A stretch of 64,000 nucleotides of DNA. Origin: an uncultured Ruficoccus sp. (GTDB taxonomy: Bacteria; Verrucomicrobiota; Verrucomicrobiia; Opitutales; Cerasicoccaceae). The stretch lies in the NCBI GenBank assembly GCA_965140785.1, contig OZ223510.1, positions 160,001-224,000 on the forward strand, written 5' to 3'. Below are positions 1 through 10,614 of this stretch, in pieces (positions within the stretch are counted from its first letter, which is position 1; every line of letters starts with the position of its first letter). The notes below the pieces were generated by a model. The model saw only the letters and a list, made by a program, of their open reading frames with translations. It had not been told where the DNA came from and did no database searches. Both the position numbers and the translations under genes were made by a program.

Positions 1-214
1 CCCTCCTGCCACCTCTTTTTCCACCTTCATGAATACTCGTCTGCCAATCGAAATCCGGTATCCGTACCGCTCGATAACATTTTCTTACACGACTCCGGTT
101 CGAAAAACGGCAGCATCCCGTCGCCCCTGAACTTCCAGTAGTAACGCTTACCGTCTGGTGTATCTGGCAAACACACTGAACCACTAGGCGATCAACTCGG
201 CTTCGCATCACCTC

Positions 215-2059
215 ATGGTTGCAAATTCTCCTCTGCTTATACGTAGTCTCGACCCCGGATTCGATTTCGATCTGGAATGCGAGCGGTTGCCCGCCGAGCC
301 TGGCGTGGATCTTGAGCGCCTGACCTTGCGCTTTCCCTCGAAAGTCATACCGGCACGCTTTGAAATCGAGTGGGGGGTGCCCATTGTCGATATCGCTGGC
401 AAGTGGCACCCGGCTATTGGTTCCGACCGCTCCCTCACCGCTGACTGGGGGCGCTGGCTGGAAAGCTATGCTACGATGAACGCTCCTGTCATCAGCCTGT
501 TTTCCGCGACGGACCGTAATCGCCTTACCTTTGCTCTTTCCGACGCTATATCCCCGATCAAGCTCCAGGCGATGGTTAACGAAGAAAGTGCCGAGATGCG
601 CTGCCGTGTCCTGCTGTTCGATGCGCCTACGCCTGCGGTTGAGGAATACAGCCTCATCATACGGCGCGATTGGCGAAACATCGGGTATGCGCGGGCGCTG
701 AGCGAGGTCTCAGACTGGTGGGCGGCTATGCCCGACTATCGGCCGGTTGCTGTCCCTTCCGCTGGCCTGGCACCGGTCTATTCTACCTGGTACGGTTTTC
801 ACCAAAAGCTCGCCCCGGAAACCATCGAGGACGAATGTCGCTGGGCGCGTGACCTCGGCTGCGAGACTGTGATCGTAGATGACGGCTGGCAATGCGACGA
901 CAGTAACAAGGGTTACGACTACTGTGGTGACTGGGAGGTGGCAGCGTCTAAATTTCCCGATTTCCCCGAGCACGTGCGACGTATCCAAGGGCTGGGGATG
1001 AAATACCTTTTGTGGTTTTCCGTGCCATATGCCGGAGTGAAAAGCCAGGCCTGGAGACGCTTTCAAAACCGTTTGCTGGCGAAGCCCCGGACATGGGCAG
1101 ACTGCCTCGATCCCCGTTTCAAAGAGGTCCGCGACTATCTGGTAGAGTGCTATCGGCGAGCGGTTGAGGACTGGGGGGTAGATGGACTGAAACTCGATTT
1201 TGTGGACCGGTTTACCGCCGAGATTATGAGCGACGATTGTGCCGGGCAAGCCGACCTAGTGTCCGTCCCTGCTGCGGCTGACCGACTCTTGGGCGACGTC
1301 AACCGTGTCCTCTCCTCAATCAACCCCGACGTCATCATTGAGTTTCGTCAAAAATATATCGGTCCCGCCATGCGCAAGTATGGCCACCTTTTTCGTGCCA
1401 ACGATTGTCCGGCGGATGCTCTGAGCAATCGCGTCCGCACCATCGATATGCGTCTTCTGGCTGGCGATACTGCTGTCCACTCCGATATGATCATGTGGCA
1501 TTCCTGCGAGACGCCTGAGCAGGTCGCGATTCAGCTCTGGTCTACGCTTTTTTCGGTGCCGCAAATCTCGGTGCGGCGTGACGCTATCACTCGTGACCAT
1601 GAACGTGTGCTCCGGTCCTATCTGGATTTCTGGCGCTCTCATCGTGACCTGCTGCTGTCAGGTCGATTCCGTCCCGGTTCTCCCGCGGCGTTGTATCCAG
1701 TTGTAAATACAGATGATGGCAAGGAGACTCTGCTCATCGCCGTTTACGTTGGGAGTATTGTTTCAATCGATTCCTCATTCTATCGCCGGATTATCCTCGT
1801 CAACGCAACTGACCGTCCCTCGCTTGCGGTAGAGTTCGCATGCGTATCCATTCTGGAGGCTGCCCATGGACGTGATTGCATGGGAGAGCCTGTCAGTATG
1901 GATATTGCGAAGGGCCCCGCTGGATTATATCTTATTTCCGTGCCTGTTGGAGGTGTTTGCGAATTGTTGTTTCAACACGAGGACGTAGCCCCGGTCTATT
2001 CGCCAAATGAAAATGCTGCAGAAGGCTGCGAACAACCGACGATACGGGCTAATCGCTAA
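215..2059 (+). CDS. Glycoside hydrolase family 36 (alpha-galactosidase-like)
   Basis: 614-aa ORF with PVYSTWY, VIVDDGWQ, LLWFSVP, the GLKLDF nucleophile motif and the FRANDC acid/base motif typical of clan GH-D/GH36; no signal peptide. Confidence 0.85.
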   Translation: MVANSPLLIRSLDPGFDFDLECERLPAEPGVDLERLTLRFPSKVIPARFEIEWGVPIVDIAGKWHPAIGSDRSLTADWGRWLESYATMNAPVISLFSATDRNRLTFALSDAISPIKLQAMVNEESAEMRCRVLLFDAPTPAVEEYSLIIRRDWRNIGYARALSEVSDWWAAMPDYRPVAVPSAGLAPVYSTWYGFHQKLAPETIEDECRWARDLGCETVIVDDGWQCDDSNKGYDYCGDWEVAASKFPDFPEHVRRIQGLGMKYLLWFSVPYAGVKSQAWRRFQNRLLAKPRTWADCLDPRFKEVRDYLVECYRRAVEDWGVDGLKLDFVDRFTAEIMSDDCAGQADLVSVPAAADRLLGDVNRVLSSINPDVIIEFRQKYIGPAMRKYGHLFRANDCPADALSNRVRTIDMRLLAGDTAVHSDMIMWHSCETPEQVAIQLWSTLFSVPQISVRRDAITRDHERVLRSYLDFWRSHRDLLLSGRFRPGSPAALYPVVNTDDGKETLLIAVYVGSIVSIDSSFYRRIILVNATDRPSLAVEFACVSILEAAHGRDCMGEPVSMDIAKGPAGLYLISVPVGGVCELLFQHEDVAPVYSPNENAAEGCEQPTIRANR

Positions 2060-2216
2060 AATGCGACTACCCTTACTCTGGTCTGCGTAGAACAAGTGCT
2101 CTAAATGGCTTACGACCGAACTTTTCAAGTAGGTAAAAAATGGATATGCGTTGGTTGCAGGAGATTCCTCTTCCGAATAAGCAACTGAGTGCGGTTTAAG
2201 CGAAGACTTCTACACT

Positions 2217-3260
2217 TCAGGTCGTTTTTCCTGCATGCCAGATACCCTCAATGAGGGATACCATCCGTGCTCGCGGAACGCCTCGAGAATTTTGGCAGAT
2301 GCGACGAACCAGAATATCAATGACGCCCTCTCCGATGCTGCTGATTGGCTCCTGAACGCCGCTGAAGTCATGCTTTGAGATCTTCTCTGTGATGTTCACG
2401 AGCGCAATGGCAATATCATCCGGGATTTTATAGCCCAGCTTTGCAAGAGTTTCTGCACGCAGAATATGCTCCGTTCCATCCGTTTCGGATGCGGTGATGA
2501 TGCTGTCCGGTTTCCAATCGGAAAGCCATTTTGCCAGCACCTTCGAATTATCCGCTTTGCAATCCAAAATCGGTATAAGTGGGGAAGCCTGCTTAATCGT
2601 TTGCTCCATCAAATAGCCTGCATGCCATTGTCCCAATGAGCGCTCGTTATATTCCTTGGATATGGCCAAGCCGATTCTTCGGTAGCCCTTGCGGTGAAGT
2701 TCCTGATAACTTGTGGTGACCGAATGAAAATGATCCGGGGAAATTTGGTCAATTTTAGGTGCGTGAAGAGTTCTACCGATAGCGACCGCTGAATAGCGGC
2801 TCATTATTAAGTGACTATGGCTGTAGGTATTCTTTTGTGCATCCAGTACAACACCCAGTACGTTACGGGCGACGAGGATCTGCTCCAGCCTTTGGAGCGG
2901 CAACTGCGGATCGTTCAACCAAAAATAATCCACTTTGTATCCGAGTTCCTCGCCTCGAGTCTGGGCGGCATTGAAGACTTCTGTCGCCCAAGGAATTTCT
3001 GCTACTTTACTGGGGGCATGACGACCTAACCACGCGATGACGTTTCCTTTGGATATCGGACGTTTGGCATGAAGGTAGGAGTTCAAACTTGCTAGAGCGG
3101 GATCTGGGCGGTAGCCGATTTTTTTCGCTTCCTCATAAACCCGATTAATAGTTTTTCCCGATAGCAACGGGCTCTTGGCCAAGGCCCTGGACACGGTGGC
3201 CTGACTAAGCTTTAACCTTTCGGCGAGTTCCTTTTGCGTAATCCGGGTCGCGTCATTCAT
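2217..3260 (-). CDS. LacI-family transcriptional regulator
   Basis: N-terminal HTH ITQKELAERLKLSQATVSRAL...GYRPDPAL; sugar-binding domain with GYRRIGL; C-terminal GVPR...IEGIWHAG tail. Confidence 0.9.
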   Translation of the reverse strand: MNDATRITQKELAERLKLSQATVSRALAKSPLLSGKTINRVYEEAKKIGYRPDPALASLNSYLHAKRPISKGNVIAWLGRHAPSKVAEIPWATEVFNAAQTRGEELGYKVDYFWLNDPQLPLQRLEQILVARNVLGVVLDAQKNTYSHSHLIMSRYSAVAIGRTLHAPKIDQISPDHFHSVTTSYQELHRKGYRRIGLAISKEYNERSLGQWHAGYLMEQTIKQASPLIPILDCKADNSKVLAKWLSDWKPDSIITASETDGTEHILRAETLAKLGYKIPDDIAIALVNITEKISKHDFSGVQEPISSIGEGVIDILVRRICQNSRGVPRARMVSLIEGIWHAGKTT

Positions 3261-3427
3261 GAGATAAAGCTGAGGGTATCACTCATCGCTAACAAGCTTC
3301 GTGTCAGCGAATCAAGGCTTAATAGCCAATTCACGCATTCAGAAGCAGATCTCGGCTGTACACTACACACACTGCGTCTTGCTTATCCATGAGTCAAAAG
3401 GCCATATGCGAGCATTCTCATGAACAA

Positions 3428-3441
3428 TGCATTAGCATTCA
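3428..3441. promoter_or_regulatory. Putative LacI operator, TGCATTAGCATnCA motif copy 1
   Basis: TGCATTAGCATTCA upstream of the LacI gene; the same motif occurs at 5225-5238, 5243-5256 and 10615-10628. Confidence 0.6.
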
Positions 3442-3483
3442 TTGAAGGAGGGTTGTTCAGGACAAGTATTGGGCATTAGGCTT

Positions 3484-3990
3484 GGCCACTTCGATTAACC
3501 TCTGCGTTTACTACAACAAACAGCGAAAATTGGATATGCGCGTAAAGACCGGCAGTGAGCAGACCCATATCTTCGCTATTTTAAAGCATGCGGACAGTGC
3601 TTCGCATCTTAAGAGCTTGAATCGGCTTGAGGTGATCGACTGGGAGACCTTCACCGTGAAGCACGCCGCCGTGCATGACTTCCAACCCCGGTCGAACTGC
3701 TGTGTGAACGCGCCCGCGAGACCATCCTGTGACCCGACAGCGCCTATGTTGGGCCCGTTCCTGCCGCGCTGCTCAAACGCTTCGCCATGCTGGTCAGCAT
3801 CTGAGAAAAAGGCATCTCTGCCCGCCCGTTGCAGGGTGACCAGAAACGCCGAAACAAGTAAAAAAGCCGCATCCGCTCCCGCGTTGAACACGCCTGCGGG
3901 CGCATCGCCCAGTTCGGCGGCGACCGCTTCCGGCTCATCGGCCAGCGACGATGTCGCTTCTAGATGGCCTTAAGCAATCTCACGCTCATC
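3484..3990 (+). mobile_element. Degenerate, internally deleted IS5-family element (transposase pseudogene)
   Basis: Left end GGCCACTTC-nATTnACCTC shared with the 10667 copy. N-terminus MRVKTG...IDWETF is fused directly to C-terminal DDE-region motifs (AAVHD, DSAY, KSRIRSRVEHACG, LSNLT), with a frameshift and several in-frame stops. Confidence 0.8.
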
Positions 3991-4007
3991 AAAATCTGAA
4001 CCGCACC

Positions 4008-5042
4008 ATGAATACGCATACTGAAAAACCCTTGATCCTGTTCGACCCATATCCGCGGCCGATGGATTTGATTTTCGACACCGCATCCAAAAAGCGTCTG
4101 GAAGCGCTCGGTCACGTCCTATGGCACGATGGTAAGCCTGCGCCCGCCGAGCATATTGATAAGCACCTTCCAGAAGCGGTGGTTTTGATCGGGCAGTCGG
4201 ACTTACCCAAGGAACGTCTCGACCGTGCCCCCAAGCTTAAGGCCGTGTTTAACGTCGAGAGCAATTTCCTTCCGAACATCGATTATCAGGAATGTCACCG
4301 CCGTGGCATTCACGTGCTCTCCACCGCACCTGTCTTTGCCCGTCCCGTAGCCGAAATGGCTCTCGCAATGGCATTGTCACTAGCTCGGCGCATCCACGAG
4401 GCTGATGCTGCGATTCGTCGTGGAGAGGAGACGCTCTATGGTGAAGGAGATAATTACGATTCCATACTGTTGTCCGGCCGAACTCTCGCGGTCGTTGGCT
4501 GCGGTAACGTAGGCCGTGCGTTACTTCCCCTGCTGAAGCCTTTCGGCGGGGAAATATTGGTGCATGACCCCTGGATTCATCCCAGTACGTTGCGTGAGTT
4601 GGGGGTTCGGCCAGCTAGCCTCGACACCTGCTTTGAACAAGGTGCGGCGGTCTTTCTCTGTGGCGCAGTTACTACTGAAAACGAGGGCGTCATTGGCAAA
4701 CGATACTTCGATAAAATGCGCTCAGGAAGCCTCCTGCTATTGATAAGCCGCGCCGGTATGGTTAACTTCGACGAATTAGTTGCAGCTGCCGTTTCCGGCC
4801 ATATTCGGGTCGGTATTGATGTCTGGCCGGATGAACCTATCCCGGTGAATCATCCGGCACGCATAGCCCCTAATACGCTTTTACAGGCGCATCGTGCCGG
4901 TAACATTCCAGAGATATGGCCAGAGATGGGCTACCGGGTGGTTGACGATCTGGAGCAGATTCTCAGAGGATTGCCCCCGCAACGTTGCCAGCGCGCGCAA
5001 TGGGAAACTGTAGCCAAACTACGCAGCAAGCCGATATCCTAA
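4008..5042 (+). CDS. D-isomer-specific 2-hydroxyacid dehydrogenase
   Basis: VAEMALAM, Rossmann VVGCGNVG, ISRAG, IDVWPDEP and QAHRAG motifs; start taken at MNTHTEK because the upstream in-frame stretch overlaps the IS remnant. Confidence 0.85.
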   Translation: MNTHTEKPLILFDPYPRPMDLIFDTASKKRLEALGHVLWHDGKPAPAEHIDKHLPEAVVLIGQSDLPKERLDRAPKLKAVFNVESNFLPNIDYQECHRRGIHVLSTAPVFARPVAEMALAMALSLARRIHEADAAIRRGEETLYGEGDNYDSILLSGRTLAVVGCGNVGRALLPLLKPFGGEILVHDPWIHPSTLRELGVRPASLDTCFEQGAAVFLCGAVTTENEGVIGKRYFDKMRSGSLLLLISRAGMVNFDELVAAAVSGHIRVGIDVWPDEPIPVNHPARIAPNTLLQAHRAGNIPEIWPEMGYRVVDDLEQILRGLPPQRCQRAQWETVAKLRSKPIS

Positions 5043-5224
5043 GCGATCGTCACGACTTTTTGGTTACTTAGGCTAATAGAACTATAGACCCGGTTGGCCA
5101 TGCCGGGGGGCGAGAGTGCATTTCCCATGTGATGTAACTATTAAATCAGCGCGTGAGCGAAGCGGGGATTCCGGCGGGGAACTTTGAGGCGGTGCGCCTG
5201 CGGGCGCAGGCGGTAGAGCGCTGG

Positions 5225-5256
5225 TGTATGCTAATGCAATGATGCATTAGCATGCA
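5225..5256. promoter_or_regulatory. Double operator: two inverted copies of TGCATTAGCATnCA
   Basis: Perfect 11-bp inverted repeat ATGCTAATGCA-atga-TGCATTAGCAT at 5228-5253, upstream of the GH9 transcription unit. Confidence 0.65.
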
Positions 5257-5337
5257 TATAGCAGAACTTGCCGTGCTTTCGAGTCGTCTGCTACAAAATA
5301 CAGACACTGAACTTCCCCTATTCCAATCATTTATTCC

Positions 5338-5478
5338 ATGCATACGTACACTCTCGATTTCCAAGCCATTACACGAAAGCTCCGGTCTGTGATGGTTTGT
5401 GGCACCCTGCTTGTCATCTTGCTTCCACTTGTTGCATTGGGTCAGGCTGCCCCCGCGTGGGAACTGCAGATTAGCTGA
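5338..5478 (+). pseudogene. Orphan signal-peptide ORF (46 aa), probable 5' remnant of a secreted-protein gene
   Basis: MHTYTLDFQAITRKLRSVMVCGTLLVILLPLVALGQAAPAWELQIS* has a basic region, hydrophobic core and small-residue cleavage region, then stops at TGA; it is in frame with the GH9 ORF. Confidence 0.45.
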
Positions 5479-5511
5479 GACTCCTCGCGCTGTCTCTTTG
5501 CCTCCACGGAT

Positions 5512-8463
5512 ATGCAAGCCGAACCTATCAACGACTCGCCGTCGCGCTTAAGACGGGTACACCCCATAGATCCTGTGATAAACCGAATAACGACATCCAT
5601 TCTGTTGCTTGCTATCTGTCTGGCAACCTATTCACAGGCCGAGCCCATCGAATTGCTCGGGCCGATCGAGTCGGCAAACGTTGTCCCGCCCACCATAAGT
5701 GAGAAAGGCGGCACCGGCCAAGACGGCCTGAGAGTTAAGGTGGAGAAAGCCGCAAATAGTCAGGATGCACAGGTGCTGCTCAAAACGGTAAAGAAATGGG
5801 AGGCAGGGGATGATCTGGTGCTAACTGTGGAAGCCCGAGCAGTGGGGTCTTCAGCCGATTCTGGGGAAGGGTGGGTTGATGTTGGCCTCCAGCATTCTCG
5901 GCCACCACACACCCTATTTTTCCGCGGCAGTGGTGCCATCGGCAAAGAATGGACCACTCTGGAGTTTTTGATCAAGGGCATGCCCGAAATGGAGCCCGGC
6001 GCATGCATGGTCTTCCTCGATTTTGGTCAGTGCGCACAAGAGATTGAATTGCGGCGTGTGGCCCTGACGTGGGATCCCGCCGAGAGTAAACAACGGCAGG
6101 CGCGTCATCAGGAGCCTCTGGCCAGCCCCTACGCTCGTCGGAGCGAACGGTTGCCGAAGGTAACCCACGTTTCGCTGGTGGCACCGAATATATTGGCATT
6201 GGAAGTTGAGGCGCAGGAGGTCGAGCGGGTTTCGCTTGTGCGTTACGAGCCCGAGCCGGGAGACCAGCTGCAGCCACAGAAGCGTCCCGACGGCACTGTG
6301 AAATGGAGTTGGGTGATCCGTGAGGGCAAGCAGTTTGGACGTCTGCATGCCCAGCAGTGGTTAACCACCCCCGAACGCCTGTTGGGCGATCCGCTTCTGA
6401 CGGATTACGCTGACGATGCGGCCAACTTCACGATCACTTCTACCGACGATCCAGCCTTTGAGAATGGCATCAACCCGCTGGCCACTTACCGCAAGAGTAA
6501 GCCTTCGAACATTGTCCTACCCGGAAAGGGGTACACCGTTACCCATCGCATCTACCTTGAACTCCCTGAGGCTATCCAGGCGGACAAGCACTATAAGATA
6601 TCCATCGACAAACTCAATGTGCAGAACCCCGAGTTGAACTTCATAGCCGACCTGCCTCAAGTCCGTAGCGAGGCGGTTCATGTGAACCAGGTCGGCTATC
6701 GTCCGGACGACCCGGTAAAGCGGGCATTCTTGTCCGTCTGGCTCGGCAGCGGCGGTGGTTATACCTTCCCCGAGGGCCTGAGCTTTTCTCTCGTCGACGA
6801 CGCGTCGGGCCGAGCCGTCTATAAGGGGAAGGTCGAGCCGGTCATGGCTGAAAACGGTACGGAGAAGTTGTGGAACAAGCCCCCGAAAAACTACTCGCAA
6901 ACCGCTATTTATCAGATGGACTTCAGCGGCTTCAACGAGCCCGGACGCTACCGGGTCTATGTCGAGGGCGTCGGTTGCAGCTACCCGTTTGAAATCCAAG
7001 ACAATGTCTGGCAGCTCGCATTTCTCACGCAAATGAAGGGACTGTATAATCAGCGCAGTGGCGTGGAGTTGGGCCCTCCCTACACCTCATTCAAACGCCC
7101 TCCTGATTTCCACCCGAACCATGGCGCGGTCGTCACCCGCTCGACTTATGACGCCTTAGCAGATGGCCAGTATGGCAGAGCCTTCTACAAAGCCGTCGCC
7201 GAGGCCGATACCCGCGAGCCCGTCCCCGAGGCTTGGGGCGGCTACCATGACGCCGGTGACTGGAACCCGCGCCGCGTCACGCACATGTATACGACGCTCG
7301 CGCAACTCGAACTCGTTGAGCTATTTCCCGACTATTTCAATACCCTTAAACTGAACATCCCCTCCATGGAGGGCGTTCCGGATATCATCACCGAAGCGTT
7401 GTTTGAAATCGATTGCTTCCGCCGCATTCAGCACGAAGATGGCGCCGTGCCCTTTGGCATTGAGACGAGCGGAGACCCGTTGTTCGGTGAATTGAGCTGG
7501 CTGTCAAACCAGCATGCCTACGTGCTCGCACCCAACATTCGTGACTCATGGCTATACGCCGCCGCTGCGGCGCGGGCCGCGAAAGTTTTACAGCCAATCA
7601 ATGCGGAACTGGCGGAGGTTTATCTTAAAAGTGCAACCCGTGCCTTCGATTGGGCCGAACGAACCTACGCGGACATGCGAGCGAGCGAGGGACAGCTTAA
7701 CAAGGGGAAATACTGGCAGGCAATTGATGCTCGCAACCTGTCCTCGCTCATCCTCTATGACATTACCGACGACCAGCGATACCACGCCGTATTCAAGGAG
7801 ACAACCTGCCTGACAAACCCCAATGCTGAAGCCGTGCAGTGGGGACTGCGGATCCAAAGCGACGCGATGTTTCTCTATACACGAATGGATGAAGCCAAGG
7901 TTGACGGGGAGCTGCTCAAGAACGCCCGCAAGGGCATTCGCAAGCTCGCTGAGCGCTCGTTGGACTACGCCAGGCACAACACGTTCAACATCACCCAGCG
8001 GGAGCCGGGCAGGCCGATGTTCGCCGGGTTCTTCAGTACCTCTGGCGGCATGGAATTGGTGCGTGCGCATTACATGACTGGGGAGGAAAGGTACCTCGCC
8101 GGAGCCGTGCAGTCCTGTCAGTTCCAGTTAGGCTGCAATCCCAGCAATCTTGTCTATACCACCGGCCTGGGTTCAAACCCGGTAAGAAACCCGTTGGAAG
8201 TCGACGCCCGCGGCAGCGGCCAGGACGTCCCCGTCGGGCTTACTGTCTTCGGCAACACCGACTACTTCAACTGGCCCAACAGCTTCTGGGACATGAACCT
8301 CAAGTTTGTCAACCAGCGAGAGTTCCTCTGGCCCAACGCTTACGAATGGCCGTTGACCGAAGCCTATTTCGATGTCTGGATCCTCGTCTCCGCCAACGAG
8401 TACGTCATCGACACGTGGGCACCCAACGTGCTGGTCTGGGGCTATCTGGCGGCTCGGAGGTAA
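5512..8463 (+). CDS. Secreted glycoside hydrolase family 9 with N-terminal CBM-like and Ig-like (CelD_N) domains
   Basis: HVNQVGYRP, YNQRSG, GGYHDAGDW, LGCNP...YTTGLG and SANEY motifs; signal peptide RITTSILLLAICLATYSQA suggests the real start is near GTG 5575. Confidence 0.85.
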   Translation: MQAEPINDSPSRLRRVHPIDPVINRITTSILLLAICLATYSQAEPIELLGPIESANVVPPTISEKGGTGQDGLRVKVEKAANSQDAQVLLKTVKKWEAGDDLVLTVEARAVGSSADSGEGWVDVGLQHSRPPHTLFFRGSGAIGKEWTTLEFLIKGMPEMEPGACMVFLDFGQCAQEIELRRVALTWDPAESKQRQARHQEPLASPYARRSERLPKVTHVSLVAPNILALEVEAQEVERVSLVRYEPEPGDQLQPQKRPDGTVKWSWVIREGKQFGRLHAQQWLTTPERLLGDPLLTDYADDAANFTITSTDDPAFENGINPLATYRKSKPSNIVLPGKGYTVTHRIYLELPEAIQADKHYKISIDKLNVQNPELNFIADLPQVRSEAVHVNQVGYRPDDPVKRAFLSVWLGSGGGYTFPEGLSFSLVDDASGRAVYKGKVEPVMAENGTEKLWNKPPKNYSQTAIYQMDFSGFNEPGRYRVYVEGVGCSYPFEIQDNVWQLAFLTQMKGLYNQRSGVELGPPYTSFKRPPDFHPNHGAVVTRSTYDALADGQYGRAFYKAVAEADTREPVPEAWGGYHDAGDWNPRRVTHMYTTLAQLELVELFPDYFNTLKLNIPSMEGVPDIITEALFEIDCFRRIQHEDGAVPFGIETSGDPLFGELSWLSNQHAYVLAPNIRDSWLYAAAAARAAKVLQPINAELAEVYLKSATRAFDWAERTYADMRASEGQLNKGKYWQAIDARNLSSLILYDITDDQRYHAVFKETTCLTNPNAEAVQWGLRIQSDAMFLYTRMDEAKVDGELLKNARKGIRKLAERSLDYARHNTFNITQREPGRPMFAGFFSTSGGMELVRAHYMTGEERYLAGAVQSCQFQLGCNPSNLVYTTGLGSNPVRNPLEVDARGSGQDVPVGLTVFGNTDYFNWPNSFWDMNLKFVNQREFLWPNAYEWPLTEAYFDVWILVSANEYVIDTWAPNVLVWGYLAARR

Positions 8464-8552
8464 AGGTGTTAGCCCATTGGCGTGAAAAGGCGTACGGGCA
8501 GGTGAACGGGCCTGTGTGGGCCCGATGCCGTGGTACGACTTTTGCATTTCCC

Positions 8553-9623
8553 GTGGTGAGGAGATGGGGACTTGCCGTATTTCATGGCTTGAGCCCTACG
8601 TCCAAGGCGCTCGTCCTAACAGGACCGAAGATCGACCTGTCCGGTCATCTGGCCAAGGCGGTTCTAGTCCTTTTGTCACTGATGGCTTCCTGTCGGGCCC
8701 CGTTGTATGGCGAGGCGAGACACACGACTTCAGACTCGAAAGTGATCCTGCCGGATACCGTCTACCTGGCAAACGACAAGGTGCGTGTGGGGGTATCGCC
8801 CCACACGGGACGCATTGTCGACTTCGGGCTGGCGGAGGGAGGCCGCAATCTGATTTGGCTGGACGCGAGGGAGATTGATGCCTTGCGGATGGCTGACGGG
8901 GGCGAGCGGTACTACAACCTCGGAGGTGACAAATTGTGGCCCGCCCCTCAGCTCATGTGGGAGGAGGTCACGGGCCATGACAGTTGGCCCCCCGATGAGG
9001 TGATCGATGGACAGCCTTGGGCTTTGTTAGCGTGCGATGCCACAAGCCTCATCATTGAAAGCCGGCCGAGTCCTAGTTATGACATCGTCGTGCGCCGGCG
9101 TATTGATCTCATGGCCGACGACGCTCAGATCCGCATCACGAACACGTTTCGGCGGATCGCCGTCAACCCTTTCCCTGTCTGCATCTGGAGCGTGACTCAG
9201 GTTCAACAACCCCGCTGGATTATTCTCGACATTGCTGAAGATAGGCCGCTCCCCAGCGAAACCGTACGCCCCCTCGGCGTATTCTCGAACGAACGGACCG
9301 CCGGCTTTTTCGAGACGCACGATGGTAGGGCCGTGGTGTGGCGGCCCCATGGTCAGCCGGATGCCAAACTCGGCACTTTCGGTCGATCGATTGCAGCCGT
9401 TTACGACGATGTCATCTTTCTACAACAGAGCCAGTTCGATCCGCACGGGGCCTATTTGGAAGCATCGTCCATCCAAGCTTATCACACGGTCGATTACTGT
9501 GAGCTTGAAGTACTGAGTCCGCTCGTTCAATTGGCCCCGGGCGAAGAGCTTCAAAATACGGTGATGTGGACACTTATTCCAGTATCCCCCAGCCCCGTCG
9601 TTCGTATCCTCAAATATTATTAA
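8553..9623 (+). CDS. DUF4380-like protein (galactose-mutarotase-like fold), possibly exported
   Basis: LANDKVRVGVSPHTGRIVDFG, NLGGDKLWPAPQ and YCELEVLSPLVQLAPGE motifs; start uncertain (8553, 8589 or 8682). Confidence 0.65.
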   Translation: MVRRWGLAVFHGLSPTSKALVLTGPKIDLSGHLAKAVLVLLSLMASCRAPLYGEARHTTSDSKVILPDTVYLANDKVRVGVSPHTGRIVDFGLAEGGRNLIWLDAREIDALRMADGGERYYNLGGDKLWPAPQLMWEEVTGHDSWPPDEVIDGQPWALLACDATSLIIESRPSPSYDIVVRRRIDLMADDAQIRITNTFRRIAVNPFPVCIWSVTQVQQPRWIILDIAEDRPLPSETVRPLGVFSNERTAGFFETHDGRAVVWRPHGQPDAKLGTFGRSIAAVYDDVIFLQQSQFDPHGAYLEASSIQAYHTVDYCELEVLSPLVQLAPGEELQNTVMWTLIPVSPSPVVRILKYY

Positions 9624-9717
9624 CTAATCGCGCACCTGACTGACCTGACCCAAATAGGCCAGGTACGATGAGAGTCTGGGGATTATTATGCCCCGCATAG
9701 GCGCAAAAGCTCATACA

Positions 9718-10566
9718 TCAGCGATCAGAATGACCGCGTGATTTGCGCTTATACGCCATTGCACCGAAGGCAAGTACACCCAGAAAGCACAAGGCCGAAG
9801 GCTCAGGAATCGCCGTCACCTCAAGGTTGTCACCACCCGTGAAATAGACATCAGAGTTGGCTCTAAAGCCGATATAAGCTGAATCGTCGGCCAACAACAC
9901 AGCATTCTGGATCGATGAGTTGCGAGAGGCGATGAGACTCGGTGTAGTTGTGCCATCCGCACCCAAGTCATACAGGGAGTAAGTCAGGTCGTAAGTGGCG
10001 GTTTCCGCATCGGTTAGGACCAAGTCCATCGATATTCGATACCAATTGGTGCTTGAATCCGACAAGGTAAAGGACGACCCCAATGCGGTGAACGGCACGG
10101 GAGCCCAAGGGGCTGGTTCGGTCGCGAAGGCGTTGGCCAGATTGAAGTAATAGGTATCCGCCGAACTCCGGCTCACCGAGGCGAATAGGCGGGCGATGGG
10201 CGTCGAACTATTACCACCATTGATCCCACGCGAAAGATCGCCGGTCAATCCGAAGTAGAAAATGTCGCCAGTCGTCGCTCCCTTGTGAAAGTCCATGCTC
10301 GCGGAAAACGAGGTGGTCGATGTGAAATCAAAGCTTGTGGCATTGTACAGGGCACTGGTTGGCGCGCTCGTGGACAAGATCGCTCCACCCGTTCCGTTGA
10401 CACCGGCTGCGGCAGAGTAGGCAAAGTTGCTCGATGCCCCGTTGCTTCCATTGAGTTGGGTAAAAGAACCCATTACCGTGGGCGAATCAAAGTCTACTGA
10501 GACAGTTTGCCCAAATGCCGGCGAGATGATCAGAGGTAACAAGATAAGAATTCGAATTTTCATCAT
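9718..10566 (-). CDS. PEP-CTERM sorting-domain surface protein
   Basis: Signal peptide, Ser/Thr-rich beta-type body, C-terminal AIPEPS + transmembrane segment + KRKSR. Confidence 0.9.
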   Translation of the reverse strand: MMKIRILILLPLIISPAFGQTVSVDFDSPTVMGSFTQLNGSNGASSNFAYSAAAGVNGTGGAILSTSAPTSALYNATSFDFTSTTSFSASMDFHKGATTGDIFYFGLTGDLSRGINGGNSSTPIARLFASVSRSSADTYYFNLANAFATEPAPWAPVPFTALGSSFTLSDSSTNWYRISMDLVLTDAETATYDLTYSLYDLGADGTTTPSLIASRNSSIQNAVLLADDSAYIGFRANSDVYFTGGDNLEVTAIPEPSALCFLGVLAFGAMAYKRKSRGHSDR

Positions 10567-10614
10567 AGTTGCCCTTATACATAATTCATTATTTTGTAGT
10601 CAACGAAAGATGAT

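Noticed and set aside
1..200. Short protein-like minus-strand frame (…PDGKRYYWKFRGDG…) at the window start
   Set aside because: Bounded by stop codons, under 60 aa and not assignable without upstream context
3482..3973. 163-aa ORF as a functional gene
   Set aside because: It is a chimeric reading of the decayed IS5 transposase; the conserved C-terminal motifs are in another frame with stop codons
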